From the NCBI GenBank assembly GCA_008501635.1, contig QQUJ01000018.1, forward strand, positions 335,286 through 399,285: a stretch of DNA of 64,000 nt, written 5' to 3'. Below the pieces are notes generated by a model. The model did not search any database. It had not been told where the DNA came from and was given only the letters and a program-made list of their open reading frames with translations. Positions 9,032 to 20,556 of the stretch are shown one piece after another. Source of the DNA: Pseudomonadota bacterium (GTDB lineage Bacteria > Pseudomonadota > Gammaproteobacteria > QQUJ01). The first letter of the stretch is position 1. Every line of letters starts with the position of its first letter. The translations under genes and the position numbers were made by a program.

Positions 9032-9643
9032 ATGGACAAGCGAGTCATACAGAGGGGCATGACCGCGCTGGCGCAAATCGACCCCCAGGTCGCCGGGGCT
9101 TTTGCGCGGCTTGGCCCGCCCCAACCCCGCCTGCGCCCCGCCGGTTTCGAAACCCTCTTTTCCACCATTGTCAGTCAGCAGATTTCTACCGAGGCCGCGC
9201 GTGTCATCTCGAGGCGCGTGAAGGCGTTGTTGCCGGAGGTGTCAGCACCGGCACTGCTCGGCGTAGATACCGAGGCGTTACGAGGCGCGGGGATGTCGTA
9301 CCGCAAGATCGAGTACGCCAGAGGTCTGGCGAAAGCGATTGTTGAAGGTCGTTTGGACGTGGACGGACTGCCGAAACTATCCGATGAGGATGCTATCGGC
9401 GCTATCACCGCGTTGCGCGGTTTCGGCCGCTGGAGCGCGGAGATCTATCTGATGTTTTCATTGCGGCGCCGCGATGTATTCCCGGCGGACGATCTGGCGT
9501 TGCAGATTGCCTTGGGACGGCTGAAGGGATTGGACGGCAAGCCGACGCCCAGGCAGGCGCGGGAGTTGGTGGCGCATTGGGCACCGTGGCGCAGTGTCGG
9601 TTCGCTGTTCCTGTGGCACTACTATCGGGGTGCGCCGGCTTAG
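9032..9643 (+). CDS. DNA-3-methyladenine glycosylase II family (HhH-GPD; AlkA/Mag-like)
   Basis: From ATG 9032: MDKRVIQRGMTALAQIDPQVAGAFARLGPPQPRLRPAGFETLFSTIVSQQISTEAARVISRRV...RKIEYARGLAKAIVEGRLD...GFGRWSAEIYLMF...FPADDLALQ. The HhH-GPD motif order matches Mag1/AlkA. The long upstream extension of ORF 8807 has no similarity. Confidence 0.7.
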   Translation: MDKRVIQRGMTALAQIDPQVAGAFARLGPPQPRLRPAGFETLFSTIVSQQISTEAARVISRRVKALLPEVSAPALLGVDTEALRGAGMSYRKIEYARGLAKAIVEGRLDVDGLPKLSDEDAIGAITALRGFGRWSAEIYLMFSLRRRDVFPADDLALQIALGRLKGLDGKPTPRQARELVAHWAPWRSVGSLFLWHYYRGAPA

Positions 9644-9777
9644 AAAGATTGAACTTTTAGGAAATCATCTCTTCGCCGGCAAGCTTTTTGAACGGCATTC
9701 CCGCGCAGGCGGGAATCCAGGTAATTGGCCACATGGGTCCCGGCGTTCGCGGGGATGACGGATGGAATTACCCCGTG

Positions 9778-10746
9778 CTACGGACAGGTTTCGTTTTTGG
9801 CGGAGCGGCGTTGTCGAGCAGAGATCCAACGGCGCAGCGCAGCCTTCCACGCACCGGGTCCCGAGAGGACACCCACGCTGACGACCAGCATCCCCAATCC
9901 GATCCACTGCACCGGCGCCATTACCTCATCCAGTAACCACCAGGCGACGGCGACCGTGATCACCGGTCCGGAGAGGGTGATCAGGCTGGTTTGAGAAGCG
10001 CCGATTCGGCGGATGCCTTCGAACAACAGGAAGAAGGGCAGCACGGTGCAGAGCACGGCGATCAGGCTGCCCCACTTCAGGGTCTCGGCGGATGGCCAGC
10101 GTTGCGGTGGATCGACGATTCCCGCGTAGGCCACCATCAGCACCAGAACCACAATGTTGTAGAGCGCGGTAAAGCGCATCGAGCCCATGCGGGTCATGAC
10201 CACCTGGCTGGTGACCAGGAAGGCGGCGTAGGCAACTGCCGAACCCAGCGCCCACAGGACACCCAACCATTGCGCCTGATCCAGCGCGTCGGGACCGTTC
10301 GGCATCACCACCAGCCAGAGTCCGGCATAGACCACGGCAAAGAGCACGACGTGACCCGCTGGCGGCGGGCGGCGATCACGCAGTGCAGTCAACAGGATGA
10401 CGAAGATCGGGAAGGTGAAGAGGATGATGCGCGACAGCCCCGCGCCGATGCGCTCGATGGCCGTGAAATCGCACAGTGTCGCCACGAAGAAGAGTGCCCC
10501 AGCGATCAAGCAGCCCCGCCACCCGTCGCGATCCAGCCGCCCAAGGCCGCCGGGTGCCGCGATGCGGGCGATCAGGAGAAACAAAGGTGAGGCGATGACA
10601 AAGCGCAGCAGCAGGAGTTCGGTGACGGTTGCCCCGTCGAGATAGGCGAAGCGGGCGAAGATGCCTTTGAAGGCGATGGCAGCGGTGGCGATCGTGACCA
10701 GCAGGATGGCCGCGCGCTGCGGGGAGAGGGAGGTGTCGTGGTGCAT
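9778..10746 (-). CDS. DMT-superfamily transporter (EamA-like, ~10 TM)
   Basis: 322 aa, very hydrophobic, with the duplicated EamA-like repeat. It is divergent from a LysR regulator. Confidence 0.75.
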   Translation of the reverse strand: MHHDTSLSPQRAAILLVTIATAAIAFKGIFARFAYLDGATVTELLLLRFVIASPLFLLIARIAAPGGLGRLDRDGWRGCLIAGALFFVATLCDFTAIERIGAGLSRIILFTFPIFVILLTALRDRRPPPAGHVVLFAVVYAGLWLVVMPNGPDALDQAQWLGVLWALGSAVAYAAFLVTSQVVMTRMGSMRFTALYNIVVLVLMVAYAGIVDPPQRWPSAETLKWGSLIAVLCTVLPFFLLFEGIRRIGASQTSLITLSGPVITVAVAWWLLDEVMAPVQWIGLGMLVVSVGVLSGPGAWKAALRRWISARQRRSAKNETCP

Positions 10747-10797
10747 GATGAATCAGTCTAGTCGCGCCGAGATATCAAACAATGGCAATCTGACTCT

Positions 10798-10819
10798 ATC
10801 AGCTATGCGTATCGCTGAT
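10798..10819. promoter_or_regulatory. putative LysR-type regulator box (ATCAGC-N10-GCTGAT dyad, T-N11-A type)
   Basis: atcagctatgcgtatcgctgat is a 6-bp-arm inverted repeat in the 84-bp divergent intergenic region between the DMT transporter and the LysR gene. Confidence 0.4.
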
Positions 10820-10830
10820 ATCATTGCGCC

Positions 10831-11730
10831 ATGAATCTCACTCATCTGCGCAGCTTCGTACACGTCGCCGAACTGGGCAGCCTCAGCCTGGCCGCCGAAC
10901 GGCTGCGGGTGTCGCAGCCGGCCCTGAGCCGTCAGATCCATCTGCTGGAAGAGCATCTCGGCGTCAGCCTGCTGCATCGTACCGGCCGTGGCGTGGTGCC
11001 CACCGAGGCGGGCGAACGGCTGCGCGACAGCGCCTACAGCCTCTTTGAGGATATCGCCAAGGTGGAACGCGACCTTGGCAGTCCCGGGCAGGTAGGTGGG
11101 CGCCTCAGCGTCGGCATCCCACCCAGCGTCAGCACCGCTATGGCGGGAGAGTTGGTGGAGGGTTACCGAGCGAGATATCCCGAGGTGTCGCTGCAGATCA
11201 TCGAAGACCTAACCGGCGCCATCCAGGACGGGCTGCTGGGTGGTCGGTTGGATCTGGGGATTCTCTATGAGGGCGCGCTCAGCGCTGGTCTGCAGACCGA
11301 ACTGTTGCGGATCGAAGCGCTGGAGTTGATCGGACCGCCCGATGCCGGGCTGTCAGCCGCTACCCCGGTGCGTTTCGAATCCCTGGCCGCGCTGCCGATG
11401 ATCCTTCCCGGCTACCGCCACGGACTGCGCGCCATCGTCGAGCAGTCCGCGTTCCGCGCCGGGGTGCGATTGCAGACGGTGATCGAGGCCGATTCGTTGC
11501 GCATGCTGCTGGATTTCGTGCATCGGGGATTGGGTTACACGGTATTGTCGCGTGAGGTGTGCGGTCCGCTGCTCACCGCCGGCGAACTCACCGCCGCGCC
11601 CATCGATGCGCCGCCGTTGCGTCGTACCTGGGTGCTGGCGTGGCGTAAGGAGGTGGTTCTGGCACCCGCAGCCGTTGCAATGGTGCAAGCCATAAAACAG
11701 CTGCTCATAAAGGGCGCTCCGGCACAGTGA
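10831..11730 (+). CDS. LysR-family transcriptional regulator
   Basis: N-terminal HTH MNLTHLRSFVHVAELGSLSLAAERLRVSQPALSRQIHLLEEHLGVSLLHR plus a C-terminal substrate-binding domain. Divergent from the transporter gene. Confidence 0.85.
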   Translation: MNLTHLRSFVHVAELGSLSLAAERLRVSQPALSRQIHLLEEHLGVSLLHRTGRGVVPTEAGERLRDSAYSLFEDIAKVERDLGSPGQVGGRLSVGIPPSVSTAMAGELVEGYRARYPEVSLQIIEDLTGAIQDGLLGGRLDLGILYEGALSAGLQTELLRIEALELIGPPDAGLSAATPVRFESLAALPMILPGYRHGLRAIVEQSAFRAGVRLQTVIEADSLRMLLDFVHRGLGYTVLSREVCGPLLTAGELTAAPIDAPPLRRTWVLAWRKEVVLAPAAVAMVQAIKQLLIKGAPAQ

Positions 11731-11878
11731 GCGAGCACGGGACGTTATCGGGTTATTTTTTTGCTATAAAGTTCGCAGCTGTGCTGGTCGTTTAATAGTG
11801 ATCAAGCGCCAAACGATGTCTTACGAATAGCGTTGGAGGAGAATAACGGCGTCGCGTTGGACTGCATCCGGAATCCAT

Positions 11879-12595
11879 TTGCTCATCAGTGTTGGTATCG
11901 CGCTGCTGTTTGTGACGCTGATGCTGCTGATCTGGTATCCACAGCCCTATTTCAGGGCGAGTGGAGCGGATCAGTTGCTGACGATTCTCATCGGTGTCGA
12001 TGTCGTGATCGGCCCACTGCTGACTCTGGTCGTTTTCAAATCGGGTAAGAAAACCCTGAAGTTTGATCTTGGTGTCATTGGTTTTCTGCAGATCGCAGCG
12101 CTTGTCTACGGCGCATCGATCGTCTGGCAGGCCAGACCTGTTTTCTTGGTGTTTGCGGTGGATCGGTTCGTACTGGTGGCAGCCAATGAACTGTCTGACG
12201 AAGATTTATCACAGGCCGAACTCCCCCAGTTCAAATCATTGTCCTGGACCGGCCCACGGGTGGTCGGTACCAAACGACCCACGACTATCCAGGAACGGAA
12301 CCAGTTGCTCTTCTCTTCGGTGTTCGAGCAGAAAGATATCGATCGCATGCCCAAGTACTACATTCCTTTCGAGGAGCAGGACGGGGATTTACATAATAGA
12401 GTGATCCCCCTGGACAAGTTGCTCTCAAGAGATGCTGGAACACGCGATCTGATAACGCGTGCGTTGCATAAAGCGGGTCGCGAAAAGGATCAGGTAGGTT
12501 ATCTGCCACTGCTGGCGCGAAAATTCTATATGGCGATGCTTGTTGACAAAACCAGCGGTGTACCCTTGAGCGCAGTTCATGTCGATCCGTGGTAG
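11879..12595 (+). CDS. hypothetical membrane protein (3 predicted N-terminal TM helices), lower-GC gene
   Basis: 238 aa, TTG start 11879 (alternative ATG 11921). TM segments are LISVGIALLFVTLMLLIW, LLTILIGVDVVIGPLLTLVVF and VIGFLQIAALVYGASIVW. GC ~50% versus ~62% in the flanks. No family was recognised with confidence. Confidence 0.5.
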   Translation: MLISVGIALLFVTLMLLIWYPQPYFRASGADQLLTILIGVDVVIGPLLTLVVFKSGKKTLKFDLGVIGFLQIAALVYGASIVWQARPVFLVFAVDRFVLVAANELSDEDLSQAELPQFKSLSWTGPRVVGTKRPTTIQERNQLLFSSVFEQKDIDRMPKYYIPFEEQDGDLHNRVIPLDKLLSRDAGTRDLITRALHKAGREKDQVGYLPLLARKFYMAMLVDKTSGVPLSAVHVDPW

Positions 12596-12625
12596 TGCTG
12601 TTCGGTCTTTTGTTTCCCGGTTCGT

Positions 12626-13249
12626 TCACCGGCGGTTATCGGTACTGGCGAGCAGTAGCCCCGCGCCGATCAGCACACCGCCGGTAATGCGGTTCTGCAA
12701 CCGTACCGCCTTTTCATTGCGCAGCAGCGAACGCAGGCGCGAGGCGAGGGTGCTGTAACCGGACATCACCGCGACATCCACCGCGATCAGGGTTGCGCCG
12801 ATGATGGCGATCTGTTGCGCCTGATCGGCATGCGGATCGATGAATTGCGGCATCAGCGCCACCAGAAAGACCAGCGACTTGGGATTGGTGAGATTGACCA
12901 GCACCGACTCGAAAAAGGCGCGACGATGCGAAAAAGCGAGTGTGACGCGGCCCAGTTTCAGCTCACCGCCTTCGCGCCATTTGCGGAGACCCAGGTAGAT
13001 GAGATAGCCCACCCCGATCCACTTCACCGTCGTGAAGAGGGTGACCGAGGCGGCAATCAACCCGCCCAGGCCGATACCAACGACAACGATCTGGGTGATG
13101 AATCCACACTGCAGGCCGAGCACCGCGGAGAAGGCATTGCGCGCCCCGTGGGTCAGACCATAGCTCATGGCGGTAACCGCACCGGCGCCTGGCGAGATAC
13201 TGATCGCCAGGGCGGTGAGCAGCATGGTCAGCCAGGTATCGAGCGGCAT
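12626..13249 (-). CDS. LysE/RhtB-family amino-acid exporter
   Basis: 207 aa, 6-TM LysE-type translocator (MPLDTWLTMLLTALAISISPGAGAV...). Confidence 0.8.
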   Translation of the reverse strand: MPLDTWLTMLLTALAISISPGAGAVTAMSYGLTHGARNAFSAVLGLQCGFITQIVVVGIGLGGLIAASVTLFTTVKWIGVGYLIYLGLRKWREGGELKLGRVTLAFSHRRAFFESVLVNLTNPKSLVFLVALMPQFIDPHADQAQQIAIIGATLIAVDVAVMSGYSTLASRLRSLLRNEKAVRLQNRITGGVLIGAGLLLASTDNRR

Positions 13250-13259
13250 GGTGCGGGTA

Positions 13260-14810
13260 TCAGACGACGCCGGTTCGCGTGGCCTCGGGCTGACCGGCAG
13301 CCACCAAGAGTGACTCGCCGGTCATGGTCGTCGGGATCTCCAGGCCCATGAGCTCCAGGATCGTGGGTGCGATGTTGGCCAGCCCGCCGCCGTCGCGCAA
13401 TGTCCAGGGGCGATCGTCCACCACCAGGCAGGGAACGGGAAACAGCGTATGCTGGGTCTGCGGATTGTTGGTGACAGGATCGACCATCTCCTCGCAATTG
13501 CCGTGGTCGGCGGAGATCAACGCCGAGAAACCGTGCGCTACGGCGCTGTCGAGCAGCCGGCTCACCTCGTCGTCAACGGTGCGTACCGCTTTGAGGATGG
13601 CTTCGCGTACTGCGGTGTGACCCACCATGTCGCAGTTGGCGTAGTTGACGACGATGAAGGCGTAGTCGCCGCTCTCGATCGCCGCGATGCAGGCGTCGGT
13701 GACCTCGTGCGCGCTCATCTCCGGCTGCAGGTCGTAGGTGGCCACTCTGGGTGAGGGGATCATCACCCGCACCTCGCCGGGCACCGGCGCCTCGTGACCG
13801 CCGTTGAGGAAGAAGGTGACGTGGGCGTATTTCTCGGTTTCCGCGCAGTGGAACTGCTTGAGGCCGGCGTTGCTGATGATCTCGGCGAGCGTGGTCTGCG
13901 GCACCTCTTTTTCGAAGGCGACGGGTAGCTTGAATGCCGGGTCGTACTCCGTGAGACACGTGACCACCACCGGCTGAAAATCACCTCGGTCGAAAGCGTC
14001 GAATGTGCGCTGACTCAGCGCGGCGGTCATCTGCCGGGTGCGGTCGTTGCGGAAATTGAAAAAGATGACCGGATCGTCGGCGCTGATCGGTGTCGCGGCG
14101 CCGATCACGGTCGGCACGATGAACTCGTCACTCTCATCGCGGGCGTGGGCATCATCGATGGCCTCGCGTGCGGTTGCGGCAGTGCGGCCTGCGCCGTTGA
14201 CGAGTGCACGAAAGGCGAGTTCGGTACGCTCCCAGCGCTGGTCGCGATCCATGGCGTAGTAGCGACCGGAGACGACCGCAATGCGGCCACCCGCGGCGGC
14301 AAGCGCTGTCTCCAGCGGCGGCAGATAATCCTGCGCGCACTTCGGTGCCGTGTCGCGCCCATCGGTGATCATGTGCACGACGGGGATTCGGCCCGCTTTG
14401 CCGACCATCTGCACCAACGCAAGCAGATGGTCGATGTGACTGTGTACGCCGCCGTCGGAGACCATTCCCAACAGATGGACGTTACCGCCCGGTGGCGCGG
14501 CATTGATGGCGGCGTTGAGCGTGGTGTTCAAGTACAGCGAGCCGTCGGCGATGGCGTCGTCGATGCGCACCAGGTACTGGCGAATGATGGAGCCGGAGCC
14601 GATGGTCATATGCCCCACTTCGGAGTTGCCCATCTGCCCCTCCGGCAGCCCCACCGCACGGCCCGAGGTCTGCAGCTGGGTGTGCGGGTAGCGGTCGAAC
14701 CAGGCGTCGAGCTTGGGCGTACCGGCGATGGCGATGCCGTTGCTGGTTTCATCGGGATTGATCCCGAAGCCGTCGAGGATGACCAACAGGGTGGGGTGGA
14801 TCTGGGGCAT
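13260..14810 (-). CDS. gpmI: 2,3-bisphosphoglycerate-independent phosphoglycerate mutase
   Basis: 516 aa. MPQIHPTLLVILDGFGINP...GNSEVGHMTIGSG... is canonical iPGM. Confidence 0.9.
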   Translation of the reverse strand: MPQIHPTLLVILDGFGINPDETSNGIAIAGTPKLDAWFDRYPHTQLQTSGRAVGLPEGQMGNSEVGHMTIGSGSIIRQYLVRIDDAIADGSLYLNTTLNAAINAAPPGGNVHLLGMVSDGGVHSHIDHLLALVQMVGKAGRIPVVHMITDGRDTAPKCAQDYLPPLETALAAAGGRIAVVSGRYYAMDRDQRWERTELAFRALVNGAGRTAATAREAIDDAHARDESDEFIVPTVIGAATPISADDPVIFFNFRNDRTRQMTAALSQRTFDAFDRGDFQPVVVTCLTEYDPAFKLPVAFEKEVPQTTLAEIISNAGLKQFHCAETEKYAHVTFFLNGGHEAPVPGEVRVMIPSPRVATYDLQPEMSAHEVTDACIAAIESGDYAFIVVNYANCDMVGHTAVREAILKAVRTVDDEVSRLLDSAVAHGFSALISADHGNCEEMVDPVTNNPQTQHTLFPVPCLVVDDRPWTLRDGGGLANIAPTILELMGLEIPTTMTGESLLVAAGQPEATRTGVV

Positions 14811-14893
14811 TAAAAAATCCTATGCGGGCGAATTGCCGACTATTCTACTGGAGATTCAAAGACCTTACTCGCGCAAAGACGCCCCACACCGTC

Positions 14894-15048
14894 ATTCCGG
14901 ACGTAGCGCAGCGAAGATCCGGAATCCACAACGTCGGGTTACGCTGCGCTAACCCGACCTGCATAGCAAGGGAGATTGTAGGAGCGGCGGAAGCCGCGAA
15001 TGACTGCGGAGATTGCCAGATCTCGTTCGCGGCTTCCGCCGCTCCTAC
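14894..15048. repeat. cluster of three strong stem-loops (8-bp, 9-bp and 23-bp perfect stems) in the ppsA-gpmI intergenic region
   Basis: (1) attccgga-N16-tccggaat at 14894-14925. (2) gtcgggtta-N8-taacccgac at 14933-14958. (3) gtaggagcggcggaagccgcgaa-N25-ttcgcggcttccgccgctcctac at 14978-15048, whose loop itself contains gagat-tgcca-atctc. None has a T-tail typical of intrinsic terminators. Confidence 0.6.
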
Positions 15049-15098
15049 GGTGAAGTTCTTTTCCTTTGCGCTCTTGGCGACTTGGCGGGAGAAACAAC

Positions 15099-17504
15099 TC
15101 AACTCGCCTTTTTACCCAAGCGCTTCTCCTCTTCCAACACCACACCGCTCATATCGAGCACGCTGTCGGGGTTGAGCGAGAGTGACTGGATGCCCTGATC
15201 CACCAGCCAGCGGGTGATCTCGGGGAAGTCCGAGGGCGCCTGACCGCAAATCCCAATGTACTTGCCGTTGCGGTTGCAGGCGGCAATCGCCATGCCCATG
15301 AGTTTGCGCACCGCTTCGTCGCGTTCGTCGAAGCCGGTGAGGATGCCCGAGTCGCGATCGACGCCGAGTGTGAGCTGGGTCAGGTCATTGGAGCCGATGG
15401 ACATGCCGTCGAAGTGCTCCAGGAACTGGTCGGCCAACAGCGCATTGGAGGGAATCTCGCACATGATATAGACCTCGAGTCCGTTCCCGCCGCGTTCCAG
15501 CCCGTTGGCCTTCATCACCTCGAGCACCTTCACGCCTTCGTCGACGGTGCGCACGAACGGCAGCATCAGCTTGACATTGGTAAGGCCCATGTCATCGCGC
15601 ACCCGTTTCATCGCCGCGCACTCCAGCGCGAAGCACTCGGCGAAGTCGGCGGAGTAGTAACGCGAGGCGCCGCGATACCCGATCATCGGGTTCTCTTCAT
15701 CGGGCTCGAAGGTGGTACCGCCGATCATCGCCGCGTACTCGTTGGATTTGAAGTCGCTCATGCGCACGATGACCGGCCGCGGGTAGAAGGCGGCGGCGAT
15801 GTTGCTTACCCCCTCGGCCAGTTTCTGGACGAAGTAGTTGGTGCGATCACCGTAGCCGGCGACGATGGCGTCGATCTGTTGCCGCACATCCGCCGGGACG
15901 CGGTCGTATTCGAGCAATGCGCGCGGATGCACCTTGATGGTGTTGTTGATGATGAACTCGAGCCGCGCCAGACCCACGCCGTCGGCGGGCAGCTTGCTCA
16001 CCTCGAAGGCGACTTCGGGATTGCCGACGTTGACGTAGATCTTGGTCTTGGGCTTTTCACGGTTGCCGAGGTCGATGCGCTCGATGGAGTACTTCTGCAG
16101 GCCCGCGTAGATCATGCCGTTGTTGCCTTCGGCGCAGGAGATGGTGACGTCCGCCCCCTCTTCCAGCACCTGGGTGGCGTTGCCGCAGCCGACGATGGCG
16201 GGGATGCCCAGCTCGCGGGCGATGATGGCGGCGTGGCAGGTGCGCCCGCCGCGGTTGGTGATGATCGCGCCGGCGATTTTCATCACTGGCTCCCAGTCGG
16301 GGTCGGTCATGTCGGTGACCAGGATCTCGCCGGGCTGCAGATCGGTCATCTGCTCGGAGTCCATGATCACCCGCACCCTGCCGGCCGCGATCTTCTGCCC
16401 GACGCTCTTGCCCTGGCACAGCACCTTGCCGCGGGTCTCCAGTTTGTAGATCTCCTGATAGGTGCCATTGTCGGTGGACTGCACCGTCTCGGGGCGGGCC
16501 TGGACGATGAACAGCTCGCCGCTCTGGCCGTCTTTCGCCCATTCGATATCCATGGGCATGGCGCGGCCCGTTTGCTGCGAGTAGTGCTTCTCGATGGTCA
16601 CCGCGTAACGGGCGAGCTGCAGCACCTCGTCGTCGCTGATCGAGAACTGCTGGCGTTCCGCGGCCGGAACTTCGACGTTCCTGACCGGGTTGTCGGCCCG
16701 CGGATCGTCGGAATAGACCATGCGTAGCGCCTTTTCGCCCAGGTGGCGGCGGATGATAGGGCGCTTGCCCGTCTCCAGTGTCGGCTTGAAGACGTAGAAC
16801 TCGTCGGGATTGACCGCACCCTGCACCACGTTCTCGCCCAGGCCGTAGGCGGCGGTGATGAAGACCGCGTCGCGGAATCCGGTCTCGGTGTCGAGGGTGA
16901 ACATGACCCCTGAACCGGCGAGGTCGGAGCGCACCATCTTCTGCACGCCGATGGAGAGCGCGACATCCATATGAGTGAAACCCTGGTGGACGCGGTAGGA
17001 GATGGCGCGGTCGGTAAAGAGCGAAGCGAAGACCTTGCGGCAGGTGGCGACCAGCTGTTCGGCGCCGCGGATGTTGAGGTAGGTGTCCTGCTGGCCGGCG
17101 AACGAGGCACTGGGCAGATCCTCGGCGGTGGCGGAGCTGCGTACCGCCACGTCGGGATTGTCGCCGTACTCGACGGCCAGCTCACCGTAGGCGGCGACGA
17201 TCTCGTCGGCCAGCTCCTGCGGCATCTCACCCTCGAGCACCCACTGGCGGACCTGTCTGCCGGTGGCGGCCAGCGCTCTGACGTCGTCCACGTCGAGCGC
17301 TTCCAGCACCTCGGAGATGCGTTCGAAGAGCTGGTTGTGCTGCAGATAGTGATGATAGGCGTCGGTGGTGGTGGCGAATCCGTTTGGTACCTTGACTCCC
17401 TTCCCCGACAAGGCGCTGTACATCTCGCCCAGCGACGAATTCTTGCCCCCCACCAGGGGTACATCCTGCATGCCCAGTTCAGCGAACCGTTTGATGTAGC
17501 GCAT
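15099..17504 (-). CDS. ppsA: phosphoenolpyruvate synthase
   Basis: 801 aa. [29 protein letters not shown]... with PEP-utilising and PPDK domains. Confidence 0.9.
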   Translation of the reverse strand: MRYIKRFAELGMQDVPLVGGKNSSLGEMYSALSGKGVKVPNGFATTTDAYHHYLQHNQLFERISEVLEALDVDDVRALAATGRQVRQWVLEGEMPQELADEIVAAYGELAVEYGDNPDVAVRSSATAEDLPSASFAGQQDTYLNIRGAEQLVATCRKVFASLFTDRAISYRVHQGFTHMDVALSIGVQKMVRSDLAGSGVMFTLDTETGFRDAVFITAAYGLGENVVQGAVNPDEFYVFKPTLETGKRPIIRRHLGEKALRMVYSDDPRADNPVRNVEVPAAERQQFSISDDEVLQLARYAVTIEKHYSQQTGRAMPMDIEWAKDGQSGELFIVQARPETVQSTDNGTYQEIYKLETRGKVLCQGKSVGQKIAAGRVRVIMDSEQMTDLQPGEILVTDMTDPDWEPVMKIAGAIITNRGGRTCHAAIIARELGIPAIVGCGNATQVLEEGADVTISCAEGNNGMIYAGLQKYSIERIDLGNREKPKTKIYVNVGNPEVAFEVSKLPADGVGLARLEFIINNTIKVHPRALLEYDRVPADVRQQIDAIVAGYGDRTNYFVQKLAEGVSNIAAAFYPRPVIVRMSDFKSNEYAAMIGGTTFEPDEENPMIGYRGASRYYSADFAECFALECAAMKRVRDDMGLTNVKLMLPFVRTVDEGVKVLEVMKANGLERGGNGLEVYIMCEIPSNALLADQFLEHFDGMSIGSNDLTQLTLGVDRDSGILTGFDERDEAVRKLMGMAIAACNRNGKYIGICGQAPSDFPEITRWLVDQGIQSLSLNPDSVLDMSGVVLEEEKRLGKKAS

Positions 17505-17794
17505 CGCAATACCCTCCGTAGCCTAAGACCAAGAAAATCGAATGATGCCGTGCTCTGATTCTGTACCTTGTTGGCGGTAGATACGAGGGCCGGGTCATGG
17601 GCAAGGGCCGGGGGTGCGCGGGCTTGTGGGTACTGCCGGTAAGGACGCGCTGGGGAGGCTTTGTCAATGGTGCAGGGTTTGACGCCGCTCTTGTGGGTCC
17701 TCTTGCCGGAGAAGGGGTGATTTTAAACACCCGCCGATTGTGCTGCAACTGCACATTTTCAGCAGAATATGGTCCCATCGGTGGCGATTGGGGG

Positions 17795-17823
17795 TTGAAA
17801 AGTGCCAAACGAACCCCAACTAT
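17795..17823 (+). promoter_or_regulatory. sigma-32 (RpoH) heat-shock promoter for htpG
   Basis: TTGAAA-13 nt-CCCCAACTAT matches the sigma-32 consensus CTTGAAA-N13-15-CCCCATNT, ~60 nt upstream of the htpG ATG (RBS aaggag). Confidence 0.5.
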
Positions 17824-17884
17824 CTGCCCGAGCTGAATCAATAATCCTGCCTAATCTACCTTTGACCAAGGAGTTTGAGTACCC

Positions 17885-19813
<1,929 letters not shown>

Positions 19814-19835
19814 AAATTCGCCGTTAACGCAGAAA

Positions 19836-19870
19836 CAGAAACGCCGCGCGGAGTCGCGGCGTTTCTGTTT
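19836..19870 (+). terminator. rho-independent terminator after htpG
   Basis: cagaaacgccgcg-cggagt-cgcggcgtttctg stem-loop followed by ttt. Confidence 0.6.
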
Positions 19871-19979
19871 GCGCTAAGCTGATGCCGAATCGCGTGGCTC
19901 ACGGCGTTCACGCCGCGAGCCGCCGCTGAGCTGACCGTTTAACACCGCGTACGCCAGGCGGGTATTGGATCGATCCCTC

Positions 19980-20483
19980 ATGAGCCCCTGCAGAATCGTT
20001 GTCGCGTCCTTGATCGTAGGGCTGCTGCTGGGCGGTAGCGCACACGCTCAGGGCACAACGCAGGTCACTGCGCAGGGGCGCGCGCTCGCCGAGTCATTCG
20101 GCCGTGGCGAGGTGGCGATCCGCACCACCGCAGGACGTGAGGAGCGCTTCGACGTGTTTCTGGCCATCGATCCCGTGCAACGCGCCCGTGGCCTGATGTT
20201 TGTCCAAGCGCTCCCGGACACGGTCGGCATGCTGTTCGTGCACCCACACGAGCACGTTGTGATCATGTGGATGAAAAACACACCGCTCCCCCTCGATATG
20301 CTGTTTGTCGACAAGGGCGGGCGCATCGTCCACATCGCCCGCGGCACCACACCCTACTCGCTGGGCAGCATCAGTTCGCTCCGCCCGGCGATCGCGGTTC
20401 TTGAAATCAATGCCGGGCTGGCGGAGCGTCTGGGAATTCAAGTCGGCGACCAGGTCCTCCATCAGTTCTTCGCTGCGCCCTGA
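19980..20483 (+). CDS. DUF192-family secreted protein (COG1430)
   Basis: Signal peptide MSPCRIVVASLIVGLLLGGSAHAQG, then the conserved DUF192 core ...HVVIMWMKNTPLPLDMLFVDKGGRIVHI.... ATG 19980 is preferred over TTG 19965. Confidence 0.65.
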   Translation: MSPCRIVVASLIVGLLLGGSAHAQGTTQVTAQGRALAESFGRGEVAIRTTAGREERFDVFLAIDPVQRARGLMFVQALPDTVGMLFVHPHEHVVIMWMKNTPLPLDMLFVDKGGRIVHIARGTTPYSLGSISSLRPAIAVLEINAGLAERLGIQVGDQVLHQFFAAP

Positions 20484-20556
20484 GCGAGGTTGCTCCGGGG
20501 TGGTGCAGGCTGCGCCGAGCTGCTTCACTTGACCCGATCACCACGATGGAATCGTC

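Noticed and set aside
9685-9718. hairpin attcccgc-gcag-gcgggaat between convergent alkA-like and DMT genes as a terminator
   Set aside because: No U-tract on either strand in the right orientation, so it was not called a terminator.
15414-16727. 437-aa ORF on the + strand
   Set aside because: It lies entirely antisense to the unambiguous ppsA gene. A high-GC antisense open frame with no family resemblance.
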